Shown here piece after piece: positions 27,067 to 40,978 of a stretch of DNA of 64,000 bases. Within the stretch, counting starts at the first letter, position 1, and each line of letters starts with the position of its first letter. Source of the stretch: Schmidtea polychroa (taxonomy: Eukaryota); NCBI GenBank assembly GCA_044892525.1, contig CM097887.1:92420397-92484396 (forward strand). The letters run 5' to 3'. The translations under genes and the position numbers were made by a program. Under the pieces are notes generated by a model that saw only the letters and a program-made list of their open reading frames with translations, ran no database searches and was not told where the DNA came from.

Positions 27067-29169
27067 AACCACCGCGATATCGAATCATACCAATTACGGC
27101 GATACCAATCCCGAACGATCCACAATTACAGATGGATGTCGTGGCCCTACTACAAGTGTAGTATTTTGACAATCCGAGTCCATGGGTACATAGGTGGTAA
27201 AACGATAACAATCATCGGTGGGCGTTTAGGTAGGAGTCAGTTGGAATACTGACGGTCACCCCTAACCACTGAAAATATCAGACACGCCCCTAAGCGCCCA
27301 ACAAATGTTACAAACTGTCTTGTTCAATGTTTAGTATTACATAATTTATTATCTATAATAAGACGGTCTATGTTTCATAGTATATGAAAAGAGGTTATAT
27401 TATGAAATTATATTATATATACATTAACATAAAAATTTATTTCTTAAATATAAGCGGTCTGTTTCATAATATATGAAAAGTTATTATATATTGTCTTGAA
27501 CTACTGAATTTAAAAAGGATTGATGTGTGCACAATAAAATGAAAGCCTATGGCCAAAAGCAGGATAGGGTAAGACATCAAAAAACTAAAATTTGCTGTAG
27601 TTGAATCAATAATAGCTACAAAAGTAACTAAAGAAGATTAGGGTATGAGATTACATTACTAACTTCCAGTTTAACGCTAATATCTTGGAATATGATTACT
27701 TAATGCAATATAAGTCTCATAACTTCAAACTTTACCAATTAACGTGTATGAATTGTTTAGAAAGCAAGTGAAGATCAAAGCATATAAACGCCAGATAACA
27801 TTATTCAGACTTTACAGTTGGCAGAGAAGACGTTAGTGGAGACAGATCATGCTCAAAGGCAATAAATAGCAATATTATGGTCTCAAGATAAACAACAAGC
27901 AAAGTATCAATTAATAACTATCATAGAATAAAATTGCATATTATGAAATAAATGAAATTGTACAATAAATAAAGATTTTATAACATAAATCATAAGTTTC
28001 CAAAATTGATTGAACAGGGTCCGAATATTTAATCTTTTAATATCATTAGTTCAAAATTTTAGTGCAATTTTTAAAAAATAGTTAAAATACAATTTAATTT
28101 TTAAAATATATATAAATACTTACTTTTTGGAATTTAAAACGTTGAATAAATTTCGGATGTATAAATATATAATACTATCCACAATTTTATGATGAACTGT
28201 CTAAGTGACAACCATGGAAAAATTCTTTTCATAAAAAGTTGCATGTATTTGATGTTCAAAGTTAGCTGTTATAAAATCCAAATTGATTAATAATCAGCAA
28301 ACTTGTGAGTAGATTTCACCTAATTTTTGTTTAAAAATGTTTTTTCACACAGATAGGACATACAAAAGATAAAAATGAATTCACAAGAGTTTTAGAAGAC
28401 CATATTTACCACTTAGAAATAATTTATAAAACGCTCTACCAATAAACTCTTTCGCATGTTTAAAGTTAACTTGTTTCACTAGTTTGATATACACATACAA
28501 AAATAAAAATTTTAGGTTGGTGCGTTACTAAGTATGATTCTGAAAATATATATATAAATTTAAATAATTCAAAAATTACTTACACCATCCATGTACCATT
28601 ACTGGCCGGATCAAATTTGACTACTTGTTCTAAATTCGGTGATTCTATAGTATCCTATCGGTTCACTTTTAAGTCGTAAAAATTAAGAGTAAGCAGTTCA
28701 TATATTTATTATATGCAGGTGAAGAGAGGGAAATGACGAAATAAAATCCACTTTTGAAATATTTAAATAATGATGCGAAAATATATAAATTAAAACAAAA
28801 ATTGTGTTAATCGAATTAACAGAAAGTGCAAAGTCTCAAGAATACAAACAATACTTTTAAAGATATTCAAGAATAAACATTTTAAAAAATCAACAAAATT
28901 AAATCTAGCAAAAACTAATCAATATTCTCCAATTTTTTATAAATTTATATTTAATTGCACATCCAAACATTTACTAACAGACCAAATTGAACCGCGAGTT
29001 TCATTGAGATTTTCACTCAGCATTCACAAAATCACAAATTTCTTTTATAAATCAAATAACTAGCAAAATTATTTATTATATAATTGAATAAAACAAACAC
29101 TAAATGTCATTTTTTATGGAAAGCAATTTAGAAACACGGATACATACCAAAATACGCGGGGACTCTGTG

Positions 29170-29640
29170 TGTCTACAAAAACCTGAAATCGTAGTTTATA
29201 CCTGTCAATTCTGCAGTATGGCTATATTCTTCTGTCACTCCTAATGGTAGCGTCGTTAATGGAAAGGATGTCCAGTTCACTTTCTTCTTCAATGCGTCTC
29301 AAAGTTGAGATTGCTTAATTGATATCATTAACAGCTTGCGTCCGACCAAGACGAGTCAGGTTATAGGTTATAGGTCTGCTCTCTTTTCAGAACGACCTTT
29401 GAAGCTTTGTGGCTCAGAGCTTGCAAATCGTCGCGTGCAATTTACGTTCTCGATATGGAAGCCACAATTTCAGCCTATATCTTGTCGCGAAATTGTCGTA
29501 TGTTGTGGACTGAACTACTCAAAGAACTTCCGTTGGTCTTGTCATTCGAGCTGACCCACTCGATACCACATTCGATACTGAATAGTTGATGATTTATCAG
29601 GTGCAGCATTTGTTAGACATGACACTACAGACCCTTGATA
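29170..29640 (-). pseudogene. Decayed orphan helical ORF, possibly related to ORF 8726-9190
   Basis: GC-rich block; after removing a 7-bp TATAACC duplication it reads TYNLTRLGRTQAVNDIN*AISTLRRIEEE. Confidence 0.3.
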
Positions 29641-30173
29641 GGTGTTCATGGGTGTTCATGACTCTCGCCATTGTGCTCTCCGGTGAACTTCTTCCTATCT
29701 GTATGTCTGAACGATATATGAATTTGTTAGTTGACACGTCATCCTGACTTCAGTTTTATCGTCGGGTAAAATAAACACAGAATTCATGTCATGATTTTTA
29801 AAATTTGAGTGGGGATTCGCCATTATTATATCCATTCCCTTAAATTCACCGTCTGACGTTAAAAATTATTGGCAGTGATCTGCCTTTATTTTATTCATTG
29901 AAGCGTGATGACCGATAATCAGACTTTTGACTTCGACTTATATGATTGGTATCACCGATGTTTCTATTACATTCAATTAGAAATTTGAGTTTAGAATCAT
30001 TTAAATGCTAGGTTCCTATAGCCCATTGGGCATTAGGGGAATGATCTTAGTGTCCTATATCATAAGAGTGTAATTTAAAAGTTGCAGGTCATTTATATTA
30101 CAGAAAATGAAAATTGTTAACCACGCCAGTTTATTGTCATAAATTGGCTGAAGAGTTTTTGTTTGAAAAAATA

Positions 30174-30370
30174 GTGACTGAAATACGTCGGAATATATAC
30201 CCCAATTTTGGTATGAGAGCATGTGTTCGAGCATTGATTTAGTAAAACAAATTTGAATTATTTTAATTCAACTTAATTTTATCAATTTTTGGTAGCGATT
30301 TTTCGTAAATTATTATTTATTTTTAGTTAAATGGATATGAGCGGTTTCTAGAATATTCTGTTGTTTTAGC
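30174..30370 (+). repeat. Second, truncated copy of the 12596-13234 element left end
   Basis: GTGACTGAAATACGTCGGAATATATACC versus GTGACCAAAATGCGTCGGTATATATACC, plus collinear TAAAACAAA, GCGATTTTT and ATGGAT..CGGTT blocks. Confidence 0.6.
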
Positions 30371-30439
30371 GATTTTAATATATAATTTTGATTTCTTTTA
30401 ATACTTATGTTATTCCTTTTTGTTAATTTAATTATTATT

Positions 30440-31450
30440 TTTTTATATTATAACGCCAATCAAACATTCTTTTCACGATATATTTCGACAGTTTCCTGTC
30501 ATCATCAGGTGGGATATAATAACTATATAAATTAAGGATTTTAAACAAATTTATTTATTTAAAAAAATTTTTTTCATAATAAAAATATTTATTAATTTCA
30601 CAAACAGCAATCAATACATACAATATACAAAAAATTATTTATAAACATTTAAAACACAAGTATTCACTGCATTCTACACATAAATTTTTGAATTCAATGA
30701 CTTTATCAATAATGCTTCACAAATTATACGTTCCGAATAATTATCGAAATTTGTTAATAAAATTTTAAAATCAGACATACCTATATTACTCTTACTCTTT
30801 ATGCTCATTATTATGGGTCAAAGCCTTCGGTCTATAATGTTCTAGAGCTCGAATACAGAGATAACGGGAAGTCTCTCCAATGTATGTGAAATTACACCCA
30901 TTACATGTAAACTGATAAACGAGATGAAAACGCAATTCGACCGGAGTTTTTGACTTATTAATAAACATATTGCGTACTTTCAATGAAGTTGACACTATCC
31001 TATAGTTTAAATTCTCTAACTACTTTCTTATCTTCACTTTATAATCCTTAAAACCTTCTGAGTACGGCAATACTAACACAAATTTAGGCTCATCATCCTT
31101 GCTCACACTATTTAATTTATTTAACTCATCAGACTCACACACCTCAACAAAATCGCACCCAGATTTTAACTCATCAGACTCACACACCTCAACAAGATCA
31201 CACCCAGATTTTCTCAAACATGGATCCTTAGGATTTTTAATAAATTTGTCATCAGTCTCTTTTACCATAATTAATAAAAATATTTTGAATAACCGTTCTT
31301 CATTAACAATTCAACCAATTTGTCAACACTTTTTACTTAATTTTCGAAAGTAGAAGACAATGTTTCTCTTTGCGTTGAATTAACAGATCCAAGAAAGCAA
31401 ATGACGATTTTTTCTCCGTCTCACGTGTAAATACAATGTTTTATGTAGAC
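30440..31450 (-). mobile_element. Penelope-like retroelement 3' remnant (RT end, GIY-YIG endonuclease, hammerhead-bearing end)
   Basis: FAFLDLLIQR (RT), VLVLPYSEG, and VYQFTCNGCNFTYIGETSRYLCIRALEH (PLE GIY-YIG with CxxC); hammerhead downstream in the same sense. Confidence 0.85.
30474..30511 (-). ncRNA. Minimal type I hammerhead ribozyme of the Penelope-like element
   Basis: CAC-CUGAUGA-U-GACAG(GAAA)CUGUC-GAAA-UAUA-UC^GUG; predicted cleavage between 30477 and 30476. Confidence 0.8.
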
Positions 31451-33881
31451 TATTCATATAATGCAAAAACTAATCAACATGCTTCTGATTTGTATGAAAC
31501 ACACTGTTTATAAACGGTATGTGGTTGATATTTTTCTTATATTTGAAAATCACAGGCATTTTGATTTATATGAACAGTCTTGGCGGCCATGTTGGAGATT
31601 TCACCATTATTACGGGGTATATTAGTTTTTCTATTTATTCTTATCATAATTTTTATTTCAAACTCATTTTTTGATGTTATTTTGGGAAAATCTTTCTAAT
31701 TTCCATTCCAATCTCTACTTATTAATTCAAATTTACTTACTTCTGTTGTGCCTATGTTGTGTCTGAGTTGATTTCATGTAGTAATTATTGCTTTTGTTTG
31801 ATAGTTTAGCTGATGTTCGAACGTGTTTTAGTTTGACTAAACTTGATGTTATTTTGTGTGCTATACGCCAACGCCTTAGCGTCACGATTCAACCCCTTGA
31901 ACTCGAATTCAGTTGTACACCAAACACCACTGAGATGCATTTCCTATAATATAACAAAAAAATCAATAATCTTACATTATAGAAACATACATACTTACTT
32001 TGATTTCACATTGATGTTCTCATTTATAGCTCAATGAGATACATCTTATATTATAGAAATCTGAAAAGTGGAAGGAAAATTAGAAAATGCACACAAACGC
32101 AACACATAATAAAAAACACATACAAACTTTTGATTCGTAAAATTGTAACGATGAGATACGTTTCTATAATAATTCTATTTTAGACAATTTTTAGAAAAAA
32201 AAGATCGTTGAAAATTTTTTAAATTATATTTTTAATGAAAATATCAAGAGCAGATGAATTTGGTTCAATCTCTTTTACTCCAGATTTGATTTCCTTTAAG
32301 AATCCCCCCATATTGAGCTCAGAAAAAAAATTACAAAAATTAAAAAAATTATTCTAATCAGCGATTTTTCCAAAAATGTTTTAAAAAAATACATTGATTG
32401 ATTTATTTAATTAATTATAATTAAAAATATATTGGACTCACATTTTTTCGAAATAATTCCAAAATACTTTAGTAAAAGACATAAAATTCCTAAAAAGCCT
32501 GAAAATTAATTAAAAATAATTTATAATTATACTGTTGATTAAAAGTAATATTTAAGAACTTGAATAATGATCTCATATCTATATGGATCAAAATTCAAGA
32601 CTTAAACTTTACTTAAAATTAAATATCTTACCTGAAAGCCATTTCTAAAATGGCTAAAATAAATTTCCAAAAAACATCAAATTCATATTCAAATTGATGA
32701 TGATTAATTGGTAAATATAGCCAATCGGTAAATACAGTGAGTGAATTGCTTTACACGCCAACCACCACTATAGAGAATGTATCTCAGTGGTGTTAGGTGT
32801 ACCACAACAAAAGTATGTAAAGAAAGATAGCTCCAAATGGGTTAGTCTCTGAAACCTTGTCCTTCTGATGCTCCAATACTACATCGTTTTTTTATCTTGC
32901 TCCAATGATTTTTAATGTTTAACTAAAAACATACATGTGAGATATAGTATCAGGTCTTCACCCATACTTCCTGAATGTATTGCATAATCACCGGGTTTAT
33001 GTATCACGTGTAAAAACGTAATCAGACACACAATTACAACACCAATATTATGAGATGATTTTTTTCGAATCAGCGATTTCATCATATATTCATTTTTAAT
33101 AACAGCTTGTGATACTACATATTAAGTACATATTAATTTCTTGTTTAAATAGTGTTTAACACATACTTTGTTGTATATTTTACAATTTTCACCTATAAGA
33201 AATATTTTTGTTGAGTTATTACAATAAAGTCAAGTTTCAAAATTCAGTCACGCAAATCATTTTCCACTCTTTGCTTCTTAGCATACCATTGGTCAATTTC
33301 ATATTATAATTATATATATTTTAAATACTATCATATAGAAATCAAGATGAAATAGATTAAACATTTACGCCAAAAAAATTTATATTAAAAACAAGACTTC
33401 TCGTTTGCTGGATTAACGGGGAAACAATATAACAAACATTCAATTTTTTTTACTTGTCAATTTTATGTAAGACAGGTCACTCCAGGTCACATTTCGGAGT
33501 ATGTGTTATATTGATTTCTTACTTAAGAAATTGATTTTTAAAAAATAAGCGAAATAAACCGACAATTTTATTAGGATATCAGAAGCAAATAAGAAATTTA
33601 ATCAATAATCGTAATTTACATGACTATTTACACAAAGTAATAATAGTAATAATAAATAACATAATAATAATAATAATATCTGAAAGCACTGTTATCAAGA
33701 TTTTCATCAGCCATTAAATATTATATAATGACCATATATATAACAAATAGATATCGATATAGTAAGTTTTATATCACACAAATATTGCAATCGTTAGAAT
33801 AAAATCTCACTTAATAGGATTAATTGCTTCATAAATTCCAATTAAAAATAATTAATTTTTCTAGACTATTTTTGTTTAAAT

Positions 33882-34205
33882 TTAAAGTTCAACTTCTTTG
33901 GACGACAAGTTATCAGAGTTCTTTGAGTCGTAATACAATTGGAAACTTGAGTGCGACAAATTATTACAAGTAACACATAATGAATGGTGATAGGCTTTCC
34001 TAACACCGTATATCGGTGAATGTGTTTTGGGAGATTCACCGTAAAAATCTCTTAATGAATCAATATTTTCGATATCAGTGCGAGGTTCATTATCCAATAA
34101 ATCGGTTTTATTAGTTTTGAAATTAAAACCATTAAATACCCATGGATTGTAAGAATGAATAGATTCATCATTACTGATTTCATTTTCAGAATGTATTTGA
34201 CTCTG
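33882..34205 (-). other. Possible terminal exon of an unidentified gene
   Basis: Open, coding-like frame after ttttaattcag; no homology recognised. Confidence 0.25.
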
Positions 34206-34575
34206 AATTAAAATTAGGATGTTTAAAAACATTAAATTGAAAAATATTTTCTATGATAATTTCTAAATTATTATATCATATGAACTTTGTTAACTTATTC
34301 TCAGTATCCGCTAAATATCAATATAATTATTCATAACTGTCCAAATAATCGTTTCATATTTTGTTATAATAAAAATCATTTGATTTACATAATTTTAATT
34401 TTTATAAACTAAAATAAATATTGTCGTACATTGAAATTTCAAATTGACAGAATTTTTTATTTTCGAAAAGAGAATAGATTTATTGAAAACTATATAACAA
34501 AGTAATGTACTTGCACTTTTTAATAACTGTGTACTTTAGTACATGTTCGTAAAAGTCTTTAAAAATAATATCTTA

Positions 34576-34733
34576 NNNNNNNNNNNNNNNNNNNNNNNNN
34601 NNNNNNNNNNNNNNNNNNNNNNNNNNNNNNNNNNNNNNNNNNNNNNNNNNNNNNNNNNNNNNNNNNNNNNNNNNNNNNNNNNNNNNNNNNNNNNNNNNNN
34701 NNNNNNNNNNNNNNNNNNNNNNNNNNNNNNNNN
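34576..34733. other. Assembly gap (158 N)
   Basis: Run of N. Confidence 1.
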
Positions 34734-36502
34734 CATAAATATTTAAAAGCTGACCAGAACTATTGAAAAAGATGATAATTTTTCTAAAAGGAATATAATT
34801 CATATTGAGCTCATATTTATTGAAAATTATTTAATATCTAACTTTATTACCCAGTTCCACAGGATTTTTATTTTTTGTCAATATTGATTTTATATTCCAA
34901 TATATATTATATATTCCCAAACTACTAGGGAAAAATTGATGCATGAAAGAAAGTAAAAGCCAAGACAAATCGAAATTATCAAAAGTTATTGATTTATTCC
35001 AAAATTTGGTCAATTACGACATTTGTTGTTTTGTGCCTTTGCATCGGCAACAAATAAGTGTAAAAGTCGTTTACAGAAATAAATATCTCGGAACATAGAC
35101 AAAACTAAGTTTTATATGAATTAAAGAGTTTTTCACCTTTTACTTTCGGTTTAAGAATTATTTTTCAAGACAAGAGAAATATTTTTTATTAGAAATGAAT
35201 TAACATTTGTTAGAAAAAACATAATTATGAATACTGTGTGTGCTAAATCTCGAAACATCAATATAGTTGCTGAGGTATGGGCTATATTATCGATAAGACT
35301 ATTAATGGTATATGTGAAGGGGGTAGGGGGATACTAAAAGCTTAGAAAATTTCTTTGTTATAAAATTAATGAGCCATCGATATTTTTGACATGACCACAA
35401 GTCATACCAAAAAGTATGACGCATCATTTTGAAGCCTGACTCGTCTTCTACAAAAACAATGACTCGTCTAGATGAGTCATCACTTCAGGAGCATAGAATA
35501 GAGCAAAGAGCATAGATCTCTCTACATCTCTCAAATTGAATCTGATAAAATTTGTTAGTCAAACTCACGTAACATTCTTATAGTTATATAGAAAATACAC
35601 CAATACATAATCAACTCAAAATTGTGTGGTTTTGGATAGATCAAAATGTATTTAATTTCTGTTTCTGTAGTTGTCCTGTGAAAATGGCCACAAATAAGTT
35701 TAAATGCATGCATTTTCTGCTCATAAAATATTCAAATTGGAAATAAATTGTTAATATCGATGTGCACATATTCATTAGATATAAATTTCTAATTAATTTG
35801 GGTTTTCGATTTACGTTCCAAAGTTTCAGTTTTATTTTAAATTGTTACGCATTGCGCTATATTTGCAGTGTCTAATCAAGTCTAATCAAGTTATTGTTAT
35901 TAGATATTTTGGCGTAGTTCTGATTTTTACTTATTGTCTTTAATTTGTAAGTTTGTATGATACTCCACTTGTAAATGAAAATATATTTTTTGTTTAATAT
36001 ATTTAATAAAAATTTTTTAAATCGAAGTGTTTTACTATGCTAATGATGCGAAAAAGATAAATTTTATTTAAGGTTTCTGAAACGGGTAAACCGAATCCGA
36101 AAAACTTCGGTTATCAACTAAAGTATCCCAAACCCGGAATTAAAATCAAATACCCGTTGAGATTTATGTTTTGTCCACTAACGCGTCTCAATTAAATTTT
36201 CATAACAAGAATCGTAGTCGTAAACCAAATTTTATAGACTGATGTTTGTTTAATTTAAGTTACCTTTGAAAATCAAATAATTTGTTTTGGAATTTTGTGT
36301 CATTTCTAAATATTATTTTAGTGTTCAATATATCCAAATTTATCCTTTTTGTAATAAAAGTCCAAGTGTATAAATTTAATTATTATCATATTTAAAGGAT
36401 CATAAAGCTAACTTTAATTAAATATTTAAAATAAAGTTAAATCTATTACCAATCTAGATGAGTTCCAAAAAACCATTCATGGAATTATGGTGAACAAGCT
36501 AA

Positions 36503-36727
36503 CCCCTTTCCCGTTCGCCCGAGTTAACTCGTCCAGCCAAACTAGTCCGACAAAGAGAGATATCACACCAGAAAGAATTACTAAAACGTTTTATTGATAT
36601 ACATTGGTAATGCGTAGAAATGTATAAAATATGCTGCTTATAATACAAAAAAAGTTTTAAAAAAATTATCAAATTTAAGTAACCGAATTAACAAGAAATT
36701 CCAAAAGAAAATAAAGCGGTAAATGGG
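36503..36727. mobile_element. Possible piggyBac-like MITE (225 bp)
   Basis: Inverted ends TAACCCCTTTCCCG versus TAACCCATTTACCG (12/14); flanks are CTAA and TTAG rather than TTAA. Confidence 0.35.
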
Positions 36728-36779
36728 TTAGTCCCTGAAACTAAATCTGAAGATGGTGAACTGTTGAAAAACAAAAAAG

Positions 36780-37260
36780 CGATTTTTGACACATTAGCCA
36801 ATAAGAGATCGTTTTTAAACTACTTGCTATTGATGGCTATAAGAACGGCAAGATCACATTTTATAAGGAAATTTATAGTCAAATGTACCAAACTTCTGCC
36901 AATAAATGAATCTAATGACAAATATTTATAAAAGTTACGAGGAAAATAAATCTTAAATAAGTAAACTATTAACTGAAAAGCTAATAAGATTAATAAGAGA
37001 TTCAGTATTGCTCTGGAGAAATATGTGGGTGAAACGTTATGTTAATATAATTATGTTAATTTACACAATGTGTAGAAGAAGAACCGTATAATCTTGAATT
37101 AGTTAGAATTTTTGGATCATGTTCTGCTGAAACCTCACCTGAAGATTTAACAAAGTTTTGAAAAAGATATGATAAAATATGTTGAAAGCCCGACGATTAA
37201 TTATAGATGCTTCAGTTATACCATACATTTAACAGTTTGCGACACTATAGTAAAAATAAA
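36780..37260 (+). pseudogene. Highly decayed hAT transposase (non-Buster) fragment
   Basis: KLLAIDG..SHFIRK..LP, YNLELVRIFGSCSAE and CFSYTIHLTVCD (CxxHxIHLxVxD-like), followed by an acidic tract. Confidence 0.5.
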
Positions 37261-37997
37261 GATATCTGAACAAAAGACTTTGATAATGATGTTGATGATT
37301 ACAATCTAATTTTTGATAAATATGATAGTTCAGATTGTTTTGAATATGATGAAGCAAACAATTTTATTCCAATAAAAAATTAAAATATAAAAAATGTACT
37401 TAGAATATTTTTTTTTAGAAAATCAACTAAAAATATTATACTTGGGCTAGGATAAGGACATTACATAAAACTTATACTATACGTAAAAATTAGATCGAAC
37501 TCCATGGTAGATTACGTTGAGCATTTTATAAATCTTCGAGAATATATATCTTGAGTTGAATAATATCGATGTTTGCAGAAGTCAATTTTAAATTACTTAG
37601 TGATTTGGTTAATGCTCTCAAACCAATAAAATAAGCCGTAAAATCTCTTAGTAATTTTTTTGAACACGGTTCGGTTTTTTCAAAGTAAATTTCCTAAAAC
37701 TAAATACAATAACAAATATGTACATATGGATTTCTTATTTTTGAAATAATAAATAAGTCGTTATATGAAAAAGCATTAGTAGTCTTCGAAATTTTGGTTG
37801 TCATAGAAAAGACATATATATAACAGCAAAATAGTAAGAAGATTCATTATAAAAACTACTTGTAAGGATTTGGTTATATCTATAATGGGTTTCGATTTAT
37901 TTGGGTAGTTACAATAAATAAAACAGTGGATATTTAATTGTCTTAGTTTTTAGAAATAATTATTTTTTATTATCGACAGCTAACCCATACTGTCACA

Positions 37998-39954
37998 ATG
38001 TCAAAGAAGCGTTCTTATCAGGACTCATATATTCAATTCGGTTTCACTTTCTTAGTTGACAAAGATGGATTGGAAAGGCCACAATGCATACTTTGCTCGA
38101 AAGTACTTAGTAATGGTTATATGAAACCATCCAAACTTAAGGAACATCTACAAGCAGTCCATCCAAACAACGTTAATGACACAGAATCTTTATTCAAAAT
38201 TAAGAGAGACCGATTTGAAACAAGCACAAAGCTCACCAATCACGGATTTGTTCCCGAGAAAAAACCAGCTTTAGAAGCAAGTTATCGTGTGGCATTGAAG
38301 ATTGCGAAAGATAAAAAACCTCATACAATCGCGGAAACTTTGATTAAACCATGTGCGATGGAAATGGCCGAGATTATGTGTGGTAAGGACGCAAAACTTA
38401 AAATATCACAAATACCACTATCAAACAACACAATTCACGATCGAATAAAAGTTATGTCAGAAGATGTCTTAAAGCAGATTGTAGAACAAATAAAAGAAAG
38501 TTCAACAAAAATTGGATTGCAATTGGATGAATCCACTGATGTTTCTAACTGTGCTCAACTTCTTGTTTTTGTTAAATATGTGTATAGAAACGAAATCAAA
38601 GAGGATTTTCTTTTTTGTGAACCTCTGACAGAAACTACAAAGGCTGTGGATATTATGTCAATTATGAATAATTTTTTTGTTGCCAATGGGCTTTCTTGGA
38701 ACAATGTGGGATCTATTTGTACTGATGGTGCTCCAGCTATGCTCGGGAAAAAATCTGGATTTACTGCTCTTGTGAAACAGATAAACCCAAATTTTTTTTC
38801 TAGTCATTGCATTCTTCATCGTCATGCTTTGGCATCAAAGACTCTTCCTTCTTATTTCAAAGAGGTATTGGATATTGTCGTGAAAACCGTAAATTTTATC
38901 AAATCAAAGGCATTGAATCACCGCTTATTTAAAGTGTTATGCGAAGAAGTTGGGTGCGAACATACCGTACTTCTTTTACATACAGAAGTACGTTGGCTAT
39001 CCAGGGGAAAAGTTCTTAGCCGGGTATTTGAACTTAGATATCAAATTGAGACATTTTTACGTGACAAAGAATCGACTCTTTCGCTTCACTTCACAGATAC
39101 CAGCTTTGTGCTCTCTTTAGCTTACCTTGCAGATATATTTAGCCATCTAAACTCCTTAAATATATCACTCCAAGGTAGAGGTATGAATGTATTAGATGCC
39201 GAGGAGAAAGTTACATCGTTTCAAGAAAAGCTGGCACTCTATAGCAGAAGAGTTGAAAGTGAAAATTACGCCAATTTTTCGCTTTTTGATGAAATAGTTT
39301 CCTTGCAAGTTAAACGTGAAATTGATATCATGGTTCTGGACTGTATTAAAATACATTTGGAAAATCTTAAAGTTACTTTCGATGGCATTATTCCTCGCAC
39401 ATTTGTTGTTGATAACTGGATAAGAAACCCTTTCACCATTTCATTGGATCAAATTAGTGATGCTGATGACGCAAAAGATGAACTCGTTGAACTGCGGAAT
39501 AACAAAAAATAAGCAGTGACTTTGAAACAATGGCGTTGGATGTATTCTGGTGTAAGCAAAGCGAGGCATATCCTGTTTTAGTCAACCGGGCGTTGAAGGC
39601 TCTTATTCCGTTTGTTACTACTTACCTTTGCGAATCTGGATTTTCAGTGCTTGTGTCAATAAAAACAAAATTAAGGAACAAACTAAATGCTGAACATGAC
39701 ATGCGTTTGGCTCTTTCACACACCCTACCACGAATACAACATTTGGTTGACGGTAAGCAGCAACAACGTTCCCACTAAATTTAATTTTTTTTGTAATTTT
39801 TAATTAATTGCTTCTAAATATAAAGTGAATAAATGTTTTTTCTTTATATAATATTGTTTTTTGCTGTATATAAATAACAAAAAAAGTTAGGGGTACGTAA
39901 GATTCCAAATTGTTACCAAAGGGTACGATTACCCCAAAAGGTTGGGAACCATTG
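37998..39954 (+). mobile_element. hAT Buster-type element, near-intact transposase, right TIR only
   Basis: 504-aa ORF plus 82-aa ORF: BED-like [43 protein letters not shown]; right end GGTTGGGAACCATTG ends at 39954; A6 frameshift at 39504-39509. Confidence 0.9.
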
Positions 39955-40978
39955 CCATAATCCATCAAAACAAGAACTTGATTTAGCTACAGAAATAATG
40001 CAAGGAATTTTTTCGAATGAATTCAGGGAAATCAGAAAGTTCTATTGCAAAAATTCATATCGAAAAATTCGACAGGGAAAAGGTGATGGAACAAGAACTT
40101 TAAAAAGATTATCTAACATTCACTAACATAATGACAGCGAACTTATGGTAACATATTTAGAAATAAAAAAATAATATTTGTCAAGAACACGGAAAAGAGA
40201 GCTGATTCTTACCATTAGGCCTACATCTACTAACTAAGAACGAGTATTTTGAATTTCGATCAAAACTTTGTACAAAAATCAAAACGCAGTTATCTGATAA
40301 ATTGCCCTATTTTTTTAAGAATCATTTTATTTTAAGTTAAATAAAGAATATTAATAATATAAGGATGTTATTCACTGTTTTAAGTATATTTTAAATATGT
40401 GTGTCCGGTTATCCAATATCCGGCGGTTTAGAAAAATTTTAAAAATGAATCCAGCGAATATCAAACCACCCTAGTTCTGTTATTTTAAATAAATGTAATG
40501 AATATGATCTGGTATAAATTGTACCAGGATACGATAGATGTAAAAATATAGCAAGAATGGAAGCTAGTGTTCAAACCTAATGTACTTACATTGTACTTAC
40601 AGTTCCATATTTGGAACAAACAAAATCAAGATATCTGTAGTTAATGTTAAGAATAAAATAATAAAAATTCATGTTGCATTATATTAGACAATGTGATATG
40701 ATTACTTTCACAAACATAATAATTTACTGTAGAGTTAAAGATTGTACCAAATTATAAATTCTATAGGGAAATGTTATAAAGAAAATCCATAACGAAGAGT
40801 GACTGTACAAGAGTTCGTTTAACTTCAGAAACTAAACATATTTCGAAATACCAAAGTATATTGGTTATTACAAGGATTCTAAACTCAATTTAAAATCAAA
40901 AGGATGTAAATCTATAAACTGTACAGGATGAGTTCACTGTGAAGTTCACTGAAACTTCAATGTTTATTACTAGTTTAA

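Noticed and set aside
30209-30220. tRNA-iMet primer-binding site TGGTATGAGAGC
   Set aside because: One mismatch, no LTR end adjacent, and not conserved in the homologous copy at 12596.
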